A stretch of 64,000 nt of DNA, taken from IMG/VR virus record IMGVR_UViG_3300030085_004215, positions 32,001 through 96,000 of that record; one strand, 5' to 3'. The translations under genes were made by a program, and so were the position numbers. Below, in pieces: positions 8,623-17,619 of the stretch. The first letter of the stretch is position 1. Every line of letters starts with the position of its first letter. A model generated the notes under the pieces. It saw only the letters and a program-made list of their open reading frames with translations. It was not told the origin of the DNA and did not search any database. This DNA is from a virus.

Positions 8623-10682
8623 TTTTCCAAGAACTTTTTGTTCATTGTTTTAGCAACTTGTAAAACATTTTGAACATCAATATATTGAGCATCATTACCA
8701 TACATTTTCTTAAAGTTTGATTTCTCGCTATCAGAACTGTAGCTTGAATCACTAACAAAGTAAGATAAAACCTTAACACCCATTTTACGAATAGCTTTAA
8801 CTTGTTTGTTAGTATGAATTAATGCCTGGCCATGATTGTAACTAATTTCATTGTTATTAAACATTGGCATTCCATCTGAAAAATTTAAGAAGTATGAATC
8901 ACGATTTCTTGATGTAGGAACAATATCTTTCAGTATTGCTTCAAAACATAAACCTTCTGGTGTTGTTCCGCCAGGGTGAATATTTTTAAACATATTTCTA
9001 ACTTTCATAAAACTATCAGTACGAGAATCATAACCAATTAAAATTAAAGGAAGCGTATCTGAATTTCTACCATAACTACGATTTGTATTGTGAGTACTTC
9101 TAAAACTAACAACCACATCCACATTTGAAATCATGTCAACTGCCTTACAAATAGCAACAACTGATACCATTGTATTGAACCATTTATCCCCACCCATAGA
9201 ACCACTAGCATCAACTGAGATATGTAAGAACGCATCTGAATAAGATTCAACAAATGTTTGTTGAAAAACTCTATCATTACCAAAACCTAATTCAGCAATT
9301 AATCTCTTATCAATACGACCAGAATCTAATCTGTTCCATTTTAAATCACGAGATTCTCCACGAACTTGTAACTTACGACCTAACTTACTACCAAGTTTAA
9401 CACCCTTAATAATAGCATCTTCATAACCTCTTGTCCAAGTAGTTAGTACTGATGGGAACATATTTTCATCAATCATAGTTTGAGTAAGTTTTTTTACATA
9501 GATACAAGCAACACCTTTACCTGCAACATATCTACCTTGTTTATTATCCCAAACTTCACCAACACCCTCACCTGTATTAACTTTTTCAACACCAGCTTCT
9601 TCCATAGTTTTAACAATTTGATTATCTTTTTTAGTGAGAGTACCTTGTTTTTTAGTATCACCATTTACAAAATCTTTTTGTTTTGAAAATTGTTTACTAA
9701 GTTGTCTTTTTTGATTATTAGTAAGTTCTTCAACCTTACCTGGAATTTGTTCACCATCTTCATTACCACCCTCAGAACCTTCACCAGAACCCTCAAGTTG
9801 TGGATTATCACCAGTAACAGGTTGATTTTTTGTATCACCGAATTCATCAGTAACCTCTTTACCATCAGCCAAACAATCAAGAATAAGTTTGTATACTTGA
9901 GTTGCAACTTTATATGCTTCTTCAGTAGAATTCATTTTCTTGATATTACTAAAAATTAGTCTGTATATTTTATCAAGACCAGGTAGTACATCTAATCTAC
10001 GATTTTCATTAGTTAGATTTAAGATTCTGAAAATGTATGAATCCCAATCTAAATCAGTATACTCATTTGTTTTAAGTGCTTTATCAACAACTTTAGAGTG
10101 AAAATACTTATCATACATTGAATGATAATAACCTTTATAACCAGGTGAATTTGAGAACACATAATAATCAATTCTTCTATCTTCTACATAGTTCAATAAA
10201 TTTTTAAGATGTCCAAGAATATCAAATCTATCAAAACCTTTCTTCTCACCTAATACAAAAAGTTCTTCAGGTGTATTTTGTTCAAGATTTCTTAAGAAAT
10301 CAAAATCTGAAAGTTTAATATGAGAACCCTCATGAAGTGCTAACCCAACAACTGGGTCAAAGTTTTTCTCATCAATCTTGGAACCTATAACAACTGTTTT
10401 ACCATCTGTATATGAATCACCACGAGTTTGAAATTTAACATTTATATCAGAACGACTTGTTACAATAGTAACAAAGTTAGATATTGCTCTACGATAAGAT
10501 GCCAATTGTACATGGTCAGCACCTTTCTTGACTGGTTCATCATCAATGAACTCACTTCTACGAGTATCCCACTCAGTATCAGCCCAAAAAGAACTGAAAG
10601 GGTTTGTATTTTTAGATAGGTTTTTAGCACTATATTTTTCACGAAGTGCCATTGGGTTAAAATGTTTTAGTTTTGAATCCAT
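8619..10682 (-). CDS. vWA-domain protein with N-terminal HExxH metallopeptidase-like domain (partner of MoxR-type ATPase)
   Basis: LALHEGSH, NYVEDRRID, SGRID, MIDAS DASGSM, GGTTPEG, FSDGMP; start at second Met after AAGGA SD. Confidence 0.85.
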   Translation of the reverse strand: MDSKLKHFNPMALREKYSAKNLSKNTNPFSSFWADTEWDTRRSEFIDDEPVKKGADHVQLASYRRAISNFVTIVTSRSDINVKFQTRGDSYTDGKTVVIGSKIDEKNFDPVVGLALHEGSHIKLSDFDFLRNLEQNTPEELFVLGEKKGFDRFDILGHLKNLLNYVEDRRIDYYVFSNSPGYKGYYHSMYDKYFHSKVVDKALKTNEYTDLDWDSYIFRILNLTNENRRLDVLPGLDKIYRLIFSNIKKMNSTEEAYKVATQVYKLILDCLADGKEVTDEFGDTKNQPVTGDNPQLEGSGEGSEGGNEDGEQIPGKVEELTNNQKRQLSKQFSKQKDFVNGDTKKQGTLTKKDNQIVKTMEEAGVEKVNTGEGVGEVWDNKQGRYVAGKGVACIYVKKLTQTMIDENMFPSVLTTWTRGYEDAIIKGVKLGSKLGRKLQVRGESRDLKWNRLDSGRIDKRLIAELGFGNDRVFQQTFVESYSDAFLHISVDASGSMGGDKWFNTMVSVVAICKAVDMISNVDVVVSFRSTHNTNRSYGRNSDTLPLILIGYDSRTDSFMKVRNMFKNIHPGGTTPEGLCFEAILKDIVPTSRNRDSYFLNFSDGMPMFNNNEISYNHGQALIHTNKQVKAIRKMGVKVLSYFVSDSSYSSDSEKSNFKKMYGNDAQYIDVQNVLQVAKTMNKKFLEK

Positions 10683-10708
10683 TATTTTTTCCTTATTTTT
10701 CATACCTT

Positions 10709-10738
10709 AATATACGGCTTTTTTTATATATAAGTCAA
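10709..10738 (-). promoter_or_regulatory. Early promoter (copy 3)
   Basis: TTGACT-N18-TATATT. Confidence 0.8.
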
Positions 10739-10756
10739 GTGTTTTTTTTACTTTTT

Positions 10757-11281
10757 TTAATTTATTTTTTGTACCCATTTTCGTAATCTCTTTGGTAACA
10801 TCTGTTGGTCGGTAATCATATTGGTAAGTTGATTCTTCATAACCATAGATATCTTATCATCTAAATACAACTCTTTACAATAATCTAATGTTGGCTGATA
10901 TCCCCAATCATTATAATACTGTTTAACCATTGATTCAGATTCACTCATGCTAAGGTAATTGACAGTTGGTGTTTTCCACACAACCTTTCGTTTAGGTTTG
11001 GGGTTGTTCTTACTTTCCTCATATTGTTTCAACCACCTGTCCCAACTTTTATCGGAAACAATTCCTTTTGCAACTCTACCACTACCCGTAGAACGCCTAT
11101 CCATTCTTTGTAAATTCTTTTTAGTATCTGATTTGACTGGTTGAACATAACCACCTGTTTTATGTGGGTAAACTTGATGTGCAGAATATTTCTCTGTTTC
11201 AGAACATTCTATACATTCAGTATATCCAAGATGGATTCGGTGGGTATCCATCTCAATTCCACATTTTTTACATTCATTCAT
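10757..11281 (-). CDS. Hypothetical protein with N-terminal zinc finger
   Basis: MNECKKCG...YTECIECS; ATG 6 nt after promoter -10, no SD. Confidence 0.7.
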   Translation of the reverse strand: MNECKKCGIEMDTHRIHLGYTECIECSETEKYSAHQVYPHKTGGYVQPVKSDTKKNLQRMDRRSTGSGRVAKGIVSDKSWDRWLKQYEESKNNPKPKRKVVWKTPTVNYLSMSESESMVKQYYNDWGYQPTLDYCKELYLDDKISMVMKNQLTNMITDQQMLPKRLRKWVQKIN

Positions 11282-11287
11282 ACTTGC

Positions 11288-11317
11288 AATATAAGTATAA
11301 AATATAATACAAGTCAA
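11288..11317 (-). promoter_or_regulatory. Early promoter (copy 4)
   Basis: TTGACT-N18-TATATT. Confidence 0.75.
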
Positions 11318-11320
11318 GTA

Positions 11321-11878
11321 TTATTTTGTATAATCGTAAATAATAAAATCTTTTTCAAATAGATTATAAACAAGTTCATATGTTTTATCTGTATAATACT
11401 TTTGATATGGTTCATGTCTCGATAAATTCCACATTGGTAATTGATATTTATCTATATTAATCTTTTCACAAAACAAATCAAAACTATCTTGTAGGGATTC
11501 GTAACGACCTATCAAATCAATTTTTTCATTTAAATATTCAGATTGTAGTTTTGTTAAATTAGAATCTAACCCTTCATATAACCAAGTGGTAAAATCCATT
11601 TTCTGTGCAGTTGCTTTAAATTGATATTGTGGAGATTTGTGAAAGTGATAATAACTAACCATCCTATCATATGGATTTCTTACTACTGCAAATTTAAAAA
11701 ACGAATTCCAAACACTATCACGGCAATATCGTTTTATTACATTGCAACTATCGTGAGGATATCTTTTTCGGACTACCTTTTTATCATATCCTTGTGTATC
11801 AAAAGAATTACGAATACTCGTTCCAGCATTTTTTGGTATATGAATAAATATAAATTTATACTCGTGATTTATAAACAT
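11321..11878 (-). CDS. Sulfotransferase (family 2-like)
   Basis: FIHIPKNAGTSI (5'-PSB) and VRNPYDRMVSYY (3'-PB). Confidence 0.88.
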   Translation of the reverse strand: MFINHEYKFIFIHIPKNAGTSIRNSFDTQGYDKKVVRKRYPHDSCNVIKRYCRDSVWNSFFKFAVVRNPYDRMVSYYHFHKSPQYQFKATAQKMDFTTWLYEGLDSNLTKLQSEYLNEKIDLIGRYESLQDSFDLFCEKINIDKYQLPMWNLSRHEPYQKYYTDKTYELVYNLFEKDFIIYDYTK

Positions 11879-12111
11879 TAATTTAAATCAGGTTTTACTT
11901 CGTAATCATCCAACACCCTAAATGTTAATATAACCTTTTCATCTTCCCATGGCTCATAACTTTCCAACAAACAATTATCAGTAGTCATTTTCTCTACTAC
12001 TTTTTTTTGCTGAGATTCCTTATGACAGATAATATAAATTAAATCACCATCTGTCCTAACCATTACACTATTATCAGGTTTATTATATATTACATCATCT
12101 TTAAGTTTCAT
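11878..12111 (-). CDS. Hypothetical protein
   Basis: Coupled ORF. Confidence 0.55.
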   Translation of the reverse strand: MKLKDDVIYNKPDNSVMVRTDGDLIYIICHKESQQKKVVEKMTTDNCLLESYEPWEDEKVILTFRVLDDYEVKPDLN

Positions 12112-12796
12112 TTAATTTATCAAGAACTAATGTTTTAAATTCAACAATACCTTTACTTACATTTTCATCCCAATCAGTACCCGCATCTCCATCTGCACCA
12201 TCTGATATATACTTAAAAGATATAAAAGGAATATCATATAAATAACAAACCTTTGCTAAAGCATATGCTTCCATATCTACAACCTCACCATAATAATTAG
12301 TCTTATCCTCTACAAAACTATCTCCACTACCACAAGTTGCATTTTTACCTATAGGATTGAACTCTATATGTTGTGGTTGAATAATAACTGGTGGGTCTTG
12401 TTCGAATGGAGTTTCACCTTTTAAAAATCCAAGACCAGTAACATCCATATCTCTCTGTACAAACTTTGTACAATCCACTAACTCACCTTGTTTATATTTA
12501 CGACTTCCAGCAGTTCCATAGTTGATTACTAAATCGTATGGAATATAACTACCAAACTTACCAAACTTCTGTGTAAGTGCAAATGTGGCATTGACCTTAC
12601 CAACACCAGTATATAATATATTATATGGTTCTAATTGTCCTTGTGTTTCTACTTCAAGTGCAGATACAAAAAGAATGTTTTCTATTTTACCCATAAGTTT
12701 AGTATTACCCTTTATATGTTTAGGTTCGTATGGACACATCAAACATCCGTGTCCACAACAATAACCTCGTTCTGTTAAAAACTCTCGTGATAACAT
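12101..12796 (-). CDS. MTA/SAH nucleosidase-like (PNP_UDP family) with N-terminal Cys-rich DUF5522-like peptide
   Basis: TGVGKVNA, NYGTAGS, SGDSFV, VDMEAYA, KYISD; N-terminal RGYCCGHGCLMCPY. Confidence 0.85.
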   Translation of the reverse strand: MLSREFLTERGYCCGHGCLMCPYEPKHIKGNTKLMGKIENILFVSALEVETQGQLEPYNILYTGVGKVNATFALTQKFGKFGSYIPYDLVINYGTAGSRKYKQGELVDCTKFVQRDMDVTGLGFLKGETPFEQDPPVIIQPQHIEFNPIGKNATCGSGDSFVEDKTNYYGEVVDMEAYALAKVCYLYDIPFISFKYISDGADGDAGTDWDENVSKGIVEFKTLVLDKLNET

Positions 12797-13296
12797 TAGT
12801 CATATTTTAATACTGATTTTACTTTATCACTATTCAAAAAACTTAAATTGATTAAATAGACTTCATCCACTACATCGTATCCAGCTTCTTGACATAATTC
12901 TCGTGTGGCTTTTGCAGTACCACCTGTCGCATATACATCATCCACAATTACTACCGAACCCTCACCAGGTTTAATCTCTAATGTATCAGTACCATATTCT
13001 AATTCATAATCTTTACTGATTACTGGTGGTGGAAGTTTACCTTTTTTCCTAACTGGTACAAAACCTACTCCCATTCTCTTTGCAAGATAGGCACCAAATA
13101 TAAACCCTCTTGCTTCACATCCTACAATGTAAGTTGGATTATGTTCTAATAATCCCCTCATGAGTAAAGTGGAATGATTGAGTGCATTTGCATTTGCCAA
13201 TAGTGGGGTAATATCTTTAAATGTAACACCTTCTTTTGGCCAATCTGGCACATCTATTATATAATCGTTTAAGTTCATGTTATTCTCCAATGACAT
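12796..13296 (-). CDS. apt: Adenine phosphoribosyltransferase
   Basis: PDWPKEGVTFKDITPLL, EARGFIFG, RKKGKLP, LEYG, VDDVYATGGT. Confidence 0.93.
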   Translation of the reverse strand: MSLENNMNLNDYIIDVPDWPKEGVTFKDITPLLANANALNHSTLLMRGLLEHNPTYIVGCEARGFIFGAYLAKRMGVGFVPVRKKGKLPPPVISKDYELEYGTDTLEIKPGEGSVVIVDDVYATGGTAKATRELCQEAGYDVVDEVYLINLSFLNSDKVKSVLKYD

Positions 13297-13639
13297 TAGT
13301 TACCTGTATTAATATAATTGATAATGCTAACAATAAACATATGATGGTTTTAACCGTAGGAATCTCTCGTAAAAATAAATAGGACATAATACCAAAAACA
13401 ACTGTTCCTATACCAAATCCTATCATTCTAATATTCCAAGTAAATCCAAAATATTCATAACTTAATCGTGTTGCTAAAAAAAATAAATAACCTATTGGTA
13501 TACCGAATATGGCCATCCACTCTGGTGAACTCCAAAACCAATGACCCTTAAATCTATTAGTGAACTGAGCATTTAGTTGCCACCATGCGAATATGTTACT
13601 AATAAATAATAGTGCAATTGCACTAACTAATTTATTCAC
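13280..13639 (-). CDS. Four-TM small membrane protein
   Basis: Hydrophobic helices throughout. Confidence 0.6.
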   Translation of the reverse strand: MNKLVSAIALLFISNIFAWWQLNAQFTNRFKGHWFWSSPEWMAIFGIPIGYLFFLATRLSYEYFGFTWNIRMIGFGIGTVVFGIMSYLFLREIPTVKTIICLLLALSIILIQVTNVIGE

Positions 13640-13870
13640 TTAATACTCTTCTCCATAAAGTGAGTACTTCTTAATAGTAGGTGGTTTCTCTTTACCATCC
13701 TCTACATGAACTTCACCCTTTTGTGCATCAATATAGAATTCAGTCATTTGAGTTTCCATAAAGATAGCATTTAAAACTTCAGTAAGTGATGCATAAATTT
13801 TATCATCACCACCACTAACAATACTCCACCTATCACCAGGTGGTACACGAGTTGCTTTAAGTTCCTTCAT
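13640..13870 (-). CDS. Hypothetical protein
   Basis: ATRVPPGDRW; coupled ORF. Confidence 0.6.
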   Translation of the reverse strand: MKELKATRVPPGDRWSIVSGGDDKIYASLTEVLNAIFMETQMTEFYIDAQKGEVHVEDGKEKPPTIKKYSLYGEEY

Positions 13871-14102
13871 TTATAAGTTCCTTTTTTGGATATTCCATGA
13901 AAAAGTATTTATCCAATATTTCTAACTTATCATCATATTCAGCCATAATCTCTAACTCTTTTTCTATCGTTTCCATAATATCAGGATGTTCAGCAACACC
14001 TACAGTATTCTGTAATAAGTTCTCTACATTGATTCGATGTTTTTCAATATGTGCTTTAAAATGCAATCTACTTGCTTTTAATATTTGTTTTCTTATTGCC
14101 AT
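13857..14102 (-). CDS. Conserved phage hypothetical protein
   Basis: GVAEHPDIMETIEKEL motif typical of T4-like marine phage proteins. Confidence 0.65.
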   Translation of the reverse strand: MAIRKQILKASRLHFKAHIEKHRINVENLLQNTVGVAEHPDIMETIEKELEIMAEYDDKLEILDKYFFMEYPKKELINEGT

Positions 14103-14584
14103 TGTTTTGTTCCTTTAAAATTAAGTTTTCGTTTCTTCTTAAGATGAACCTCTGAGTTAGTTTTTTTTCTATGACAAGGTTTACATAATGTCTGTAGATT
14201 CTCTAACTTATAATAACTCCAATCTAAATCTTTTGCCTTTACTCCCTTTTGTTCTACTAATGGTCTGATATGGTCACAATCCCATCTTCTTGTTATCACA
14301 CCACAATGATTACATTTCCCTCTATCTCGTTTTCTCAAATGTGCTCTTTGTTCTCTTGAATGATATATTATCATATACTCCGTAGCACAATCTTCATGCC
14401 AACTCTTTCTCTCATTGATGGTTCCATCTTCTTTGATAATCATCTTACCACACCATCTACACATTCCTTTTATTTTCGTATAATAACTATCAGGTTTTGG
14501 TGGTTTTCTAAAATCACCATCCCACTCCTCTTTTTCTTTTCCAAATGTTCTCTCGTGTCTCCTACCAAATCTACTTAATGGCAT
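14093..14584 (-). CDS. HNH endonuclease
   Basis: RDRGKCNHCG, CDHIRPL, NLQTLCKPCHRKKT. Confidence 0.85.
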   Translation of the reverse strand: MPLSRFGRRHERTFGKEKEEWDGDFRKPPKPDSYYTKIKGMCRWCGKMIIKEDGTINERKSWHEDCATEYMIIYHSREQRAHLRKRDRGKCNHCGVITRRWDCDHIRPLVEQKGVKAKDLDWSYYKLENLQTLCKPCHRKKTNSEVHLKKKRKLNFKGTKQWQ

Positions 14585-14833
14585 TCAAACCTCTTCTCCA
14601 TCTGAATCATCCCAATAATTATTGAATGGGTCATTAATCTTAGTTTCCCAAATATCATCAGCACATTCCAACCCATCTTCATCTATACCAATATTGAAAT
14701 ATTCCCAAACATATCTCTGTAAATCTTTTGGTTGTATGTATAACCCATTTGTATTTCTTGGTCTTGTTTTCCTAAAGTTATCTTGGTCTCTACAAATTCG
14801 TTTAAATAAATATTCACCTAACTTATTTACCAT
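14585..14833 (-). CDS. Hypothetical protein
   Basis: Coupled ORF. Confidence 0.55.
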   Translation of the reverse strand: MVNKLGEYLFKRICRDQDNFRKTRPRNTNGLYIQPKDLQRYVWEYFNIGIDEDGLECADDIWETKINDPFNNYWDDSDGEEV

Positions 14834-15407
14834 TAATAATATTCATTGCCTCTTCTATACCATTTACCCTATTTGGGGTCTCGATATCTTGATTCCATGC
14901 TTGATTAATCAACATATAACCCTTATCATCTTTTCTATTCTTTTTCCAAAAATGATAGTTTGCAGGTGAATCATCAATTAAAAAATCACATTGTACAGTC
15001 CACTTAAATCTCCCTCTTCTAAAATAAACTGTTTCAAAGTTCAATCCCCTATCACCTAACCATTTCAATGTCCAATACCTACATATTGGTGCCTGAGATG
15101 TAATACAAACAAACTTATGTTCTCCTAATTCTATTTGTTCTCTAAGATAATCCACCTCTGATTTAAATTCAGTTCCATTACCCAAGATAGTTTCGGCGTG
15201 CTCTTCTCGGTATATCTTTTGTATCTCTTCATTAGTACCTTGATAACAATGTTCTAAATCCCAATGAACTGAGGTTTCCTCAACGGAGTAAACTCCATCA
15301 GAACCTTTGCGTATAAATTTGGGGTAATTCTTTTCTATAACTTTGTAGAGGTCTAATGAGAAATCTCTCAATACTCCATCTACATCTACACCTATTATGT
15401 ATGACAT
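14823..15407 (-). CDS. HAD-family 5'(3')-deoxyribonucleotidase-like protein
   Basis: IGVDVDGVLRDF, CITSQ, FLIDDSP, AWNQ. Confidence 0.82.
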   Translation of the reverse strand: MSYIIGVDVDGVLRDFSLDLYKVIEKNYPKFIRKGSDGVYSVEETSVHWDLEHCYQGTNEEIQKIYREEHAETILGNGTEFKSEVDYLREQIELGEHKFVCITSQAPICRYWTLKWLGDRGLNFETVYFRRGRFKWTVQCDFLIDDSPANYHFWKKNRKDDKGYMLINQAWNQDIETPNRVNGIEEAMNIINGK

Positions 15408-15550
15408 ATTATTTTCTCTTGAAATAGTTTAACATCCAAATCCAATAGATAACACCTACCAGTAATATTAGTATCTCTCCCATGATGATTCATACAAACC
15501 ATCATAACACTCAAGTATAAATATCGGATAAAAGTGCGAAACTTAATTAT

Positions 15551-17074
15551 TTATAAAACTTTAATTCCATATCGTTTTTCAAATCCAATACCATCATTAT
15601 GGGTATTCACAATTGGCATACCCTTTATATTAAGTGAGGTATTGAGTAACATCGGGCAACCTGTCTTCTTGTAAAATTCATTAATGAGATTATAAAAGTT
15701 CGGGTTATCATCCTTACTAACAGTCTGTACTCGTGATGTGTTATCAACATGACATATAGCAGGATATAAATCAGGTTGTTTACATTTAGCAACGAACTGC
15801 ATATACTGAGACTTCCTAACTGGCATATCGAATATTTCGTGTGCGTGTTCCTCAAGTACTGCAGGTGCAAAAGGTCTGAACTCCTGTCGTTTCTTAATCT
15901 TATTAACTCTATCTTTGATATCATCACCACGCGGGTCTGCCAACAAAGAACGATTACCTAACGCTCGAGGACCAAACTCCGCTCGACCACTCGCCACACC
16001 AACGATATCACCTTTAAGAAGCTTTTTCAAAGTTTGCTTAATTGGATATTCTCCTTGTATATCATAACCCAAGAAAGTATTCTTCCAATCGAGATGTTTA
16101 CCCAATACATATGCAGCACATCCCAACGATGAACCACCATCACCGGGATTTGGAATAATCCATATATTGGGATATCTTCTCGCCAATAAGGAATTCGCTA
16201 CACAATTTAATGCAACTCCACCACCATATACAAAGTTATCTATATTGGGTAACATGGATTGTGCTAACTCAAATACTTTAAGTATCTCTTCTTCACATAT
16301 TGCTTGTACATTTGCTGCTATATCAAACTTCCACTTATCACTTCCATCATCTGGATAACACTTAGGATTCCAATCCATACATCCTCGGTGTAGGTTTTGT
16401 TTAAACTCTACAATACCCTCATTGAAGAATTCATCGCGTATCTCTTTTTGTAATGTGGTATCTAATGTTCCCCATCCTGCCATACCCATAAGTATGTATT
16501 CATCTTCTTGAGGTTTTAAACCCAACCTCTGTGTCATAGCACTATACCATAACCCTAATGAATGTGGATATTGACGATTCCACAACTTTTTAAATTGGGT
16601 TTCCCCATTGTGGTTTGTTCTGATATGCCATATAGTGGTGGTATCCCATTCTCCTATTGCATCAATCATCACACCAATACTCTCTCTATAGGGAGAGGTA
16701 AAATATGCTGCACTCGCGTGTGATAAATGATGAGATATGTAATGGTTGGGTTTAAGATTAAATTGTTTTAAATACTTACTTGGTAGGTTCTGAAGAGTAA
16801 AGGTATCTTGAGTTTGACCTGCCCATAGTTGTCGTGATTTCTTTAACCAAGGCTGTTCAAACCACACGACTGTATCCCAATCCCCATAACGGCGTAATTG
16901 AGATAGTAGTTGTGGATTTAATAACTCATCATTTTTTATTTCTGAGTTTCGTTCACTATGGCCTGCAAACCTTATATCGGTATCGTGTATAAGTGCAGCA
17001 GTAGCATCATGATTTAAACCAGTTAATCCAAGTATTCTTTTGTTTTGATTGGGTTTGGTTATGTAACATTTCAT
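15551..17074 (-). CDS. Carbamoyltransferase (NodU/CmcH/TobZ family)
   Basis: HDATAA, HHLSHA, DAIGEW, GGVALNC, EFGPRALGNRS, FRPFAP, HVDNTSRVQTV, LNTSLN. Confidence 0.93.
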   Translation of the reverse strand: MKCYITKPNQNKRILGLTGLNHDATAALIHDTDIRFAGHSERNSEIKNDELLNPQLLSQLRRYGDWDTVVWFEQPWLKKSRQLWAGQTQDTFTLQNLPSKYLKQFNLKPNHYISHHLSHASAAYFTSPYRESIGVMIDAIGEWDTTTIWHIRTNHNGETQFKKLWNRQYPHSLGLWYSAMTQRLGLKPQEDEYILMGMAGWGTLDTTLQKEIRDEFFNEGIVEFKQNLHRGCMDWNPKCYPDDGSDKWKFDIAANVQAICEEEILKVFELAQSMLPNIDNFVYGGGVALNCVANSLLARRYPNIWIIPNPGDGGSSLGCAAYVLGKHLDWKNTFLGYDIQGEYPIKQTLKKLLKGDIVGVASGRAEFGPRALGNRSLLADPRGDDIKDRVNKIKKRQEFRPFAPAVLEEHAHEIFDMPVRKSQYMQFVAKCKQPDLYPAICHVDNTSRVQTVSKDDNPNFYNLINEFYKKTGCPMLLNTSLNIKGMPIVNTHNDGIGFEKRYGIKVL

Positions 17075-17113
17075 ATTAATATATATTAAGTTACATGAGG
17101 AAAATGTAATATT

Positions 17114-17500
17114 TTTTTACCTCGAAAGCGAGGTAAAAATAAAAGTGTTAATACTATGTTTACCTCATAGGTAGGGGGTGATAATAACTCGCTTAGGTAA
17201 AAAAAGCCACGCCAATATAAGCACGAGTTTGGCATTCTGACATATTGTCATACATTCACCGATTCACGATTAATAGCCCGGCGTGGCCATGTTCGGGTGT
17301 TGGGGTCATACCTGAACTACCTGATTGACCTAATGTTACACTTTTATTTTTTACTAACCCGTATTTCGTCATAACTGACTTTTTGTCATGATTGGTATTT
17401 TATTTTTTGTAAGGGTGACGAACTCCAAATCTGGAGTCACTTAAAGTATTACTTGAAGCCCACAGTTAAAGTAGTACTTGAGGTCTGACAATGTGTCATT
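17114..17500. repeat. Non-coding block with hairpin, 14-bp inverted repeat, three CTGACWNNNTGTCAT palindromes and two 16-bp direct repeats
   Basis: Hairpin 17114-17139; IR 17135-17148/17338-17351; palindrome cores 17238-17250, 17376-17388, 17486-17498; TTAAAGTAKTACTTGA at 17441 and 17466. Confidence 0.75.
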
Positions 17501-17576
17501 ATATTTAATGTGGTTGGGTAAGTAATCCAAGTCAATTTCCCCAAAATGGACAAATAATAATAGACATAGCCACCTT

Positions 17577-17606
17577 AATTTACGAAAAAAATACTATACG
17601 AGTCAA
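17577..17606 (-). promoter_or_regulatory. Early promoter (copy 5), firing into the non-coding block
   Basis: TTGACT-N18-TAAATT-AAGGT. Confidence 0.7.
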
Positions 17607-17619
17607 GTGTTTTTTTTAA

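Noticed and set aside
17114-17139. Hairpin as an intrinsic terminator
   Set aside because: On both strands the T-run is 5' of the stem and A's follow it, so there is no 3' U-tract
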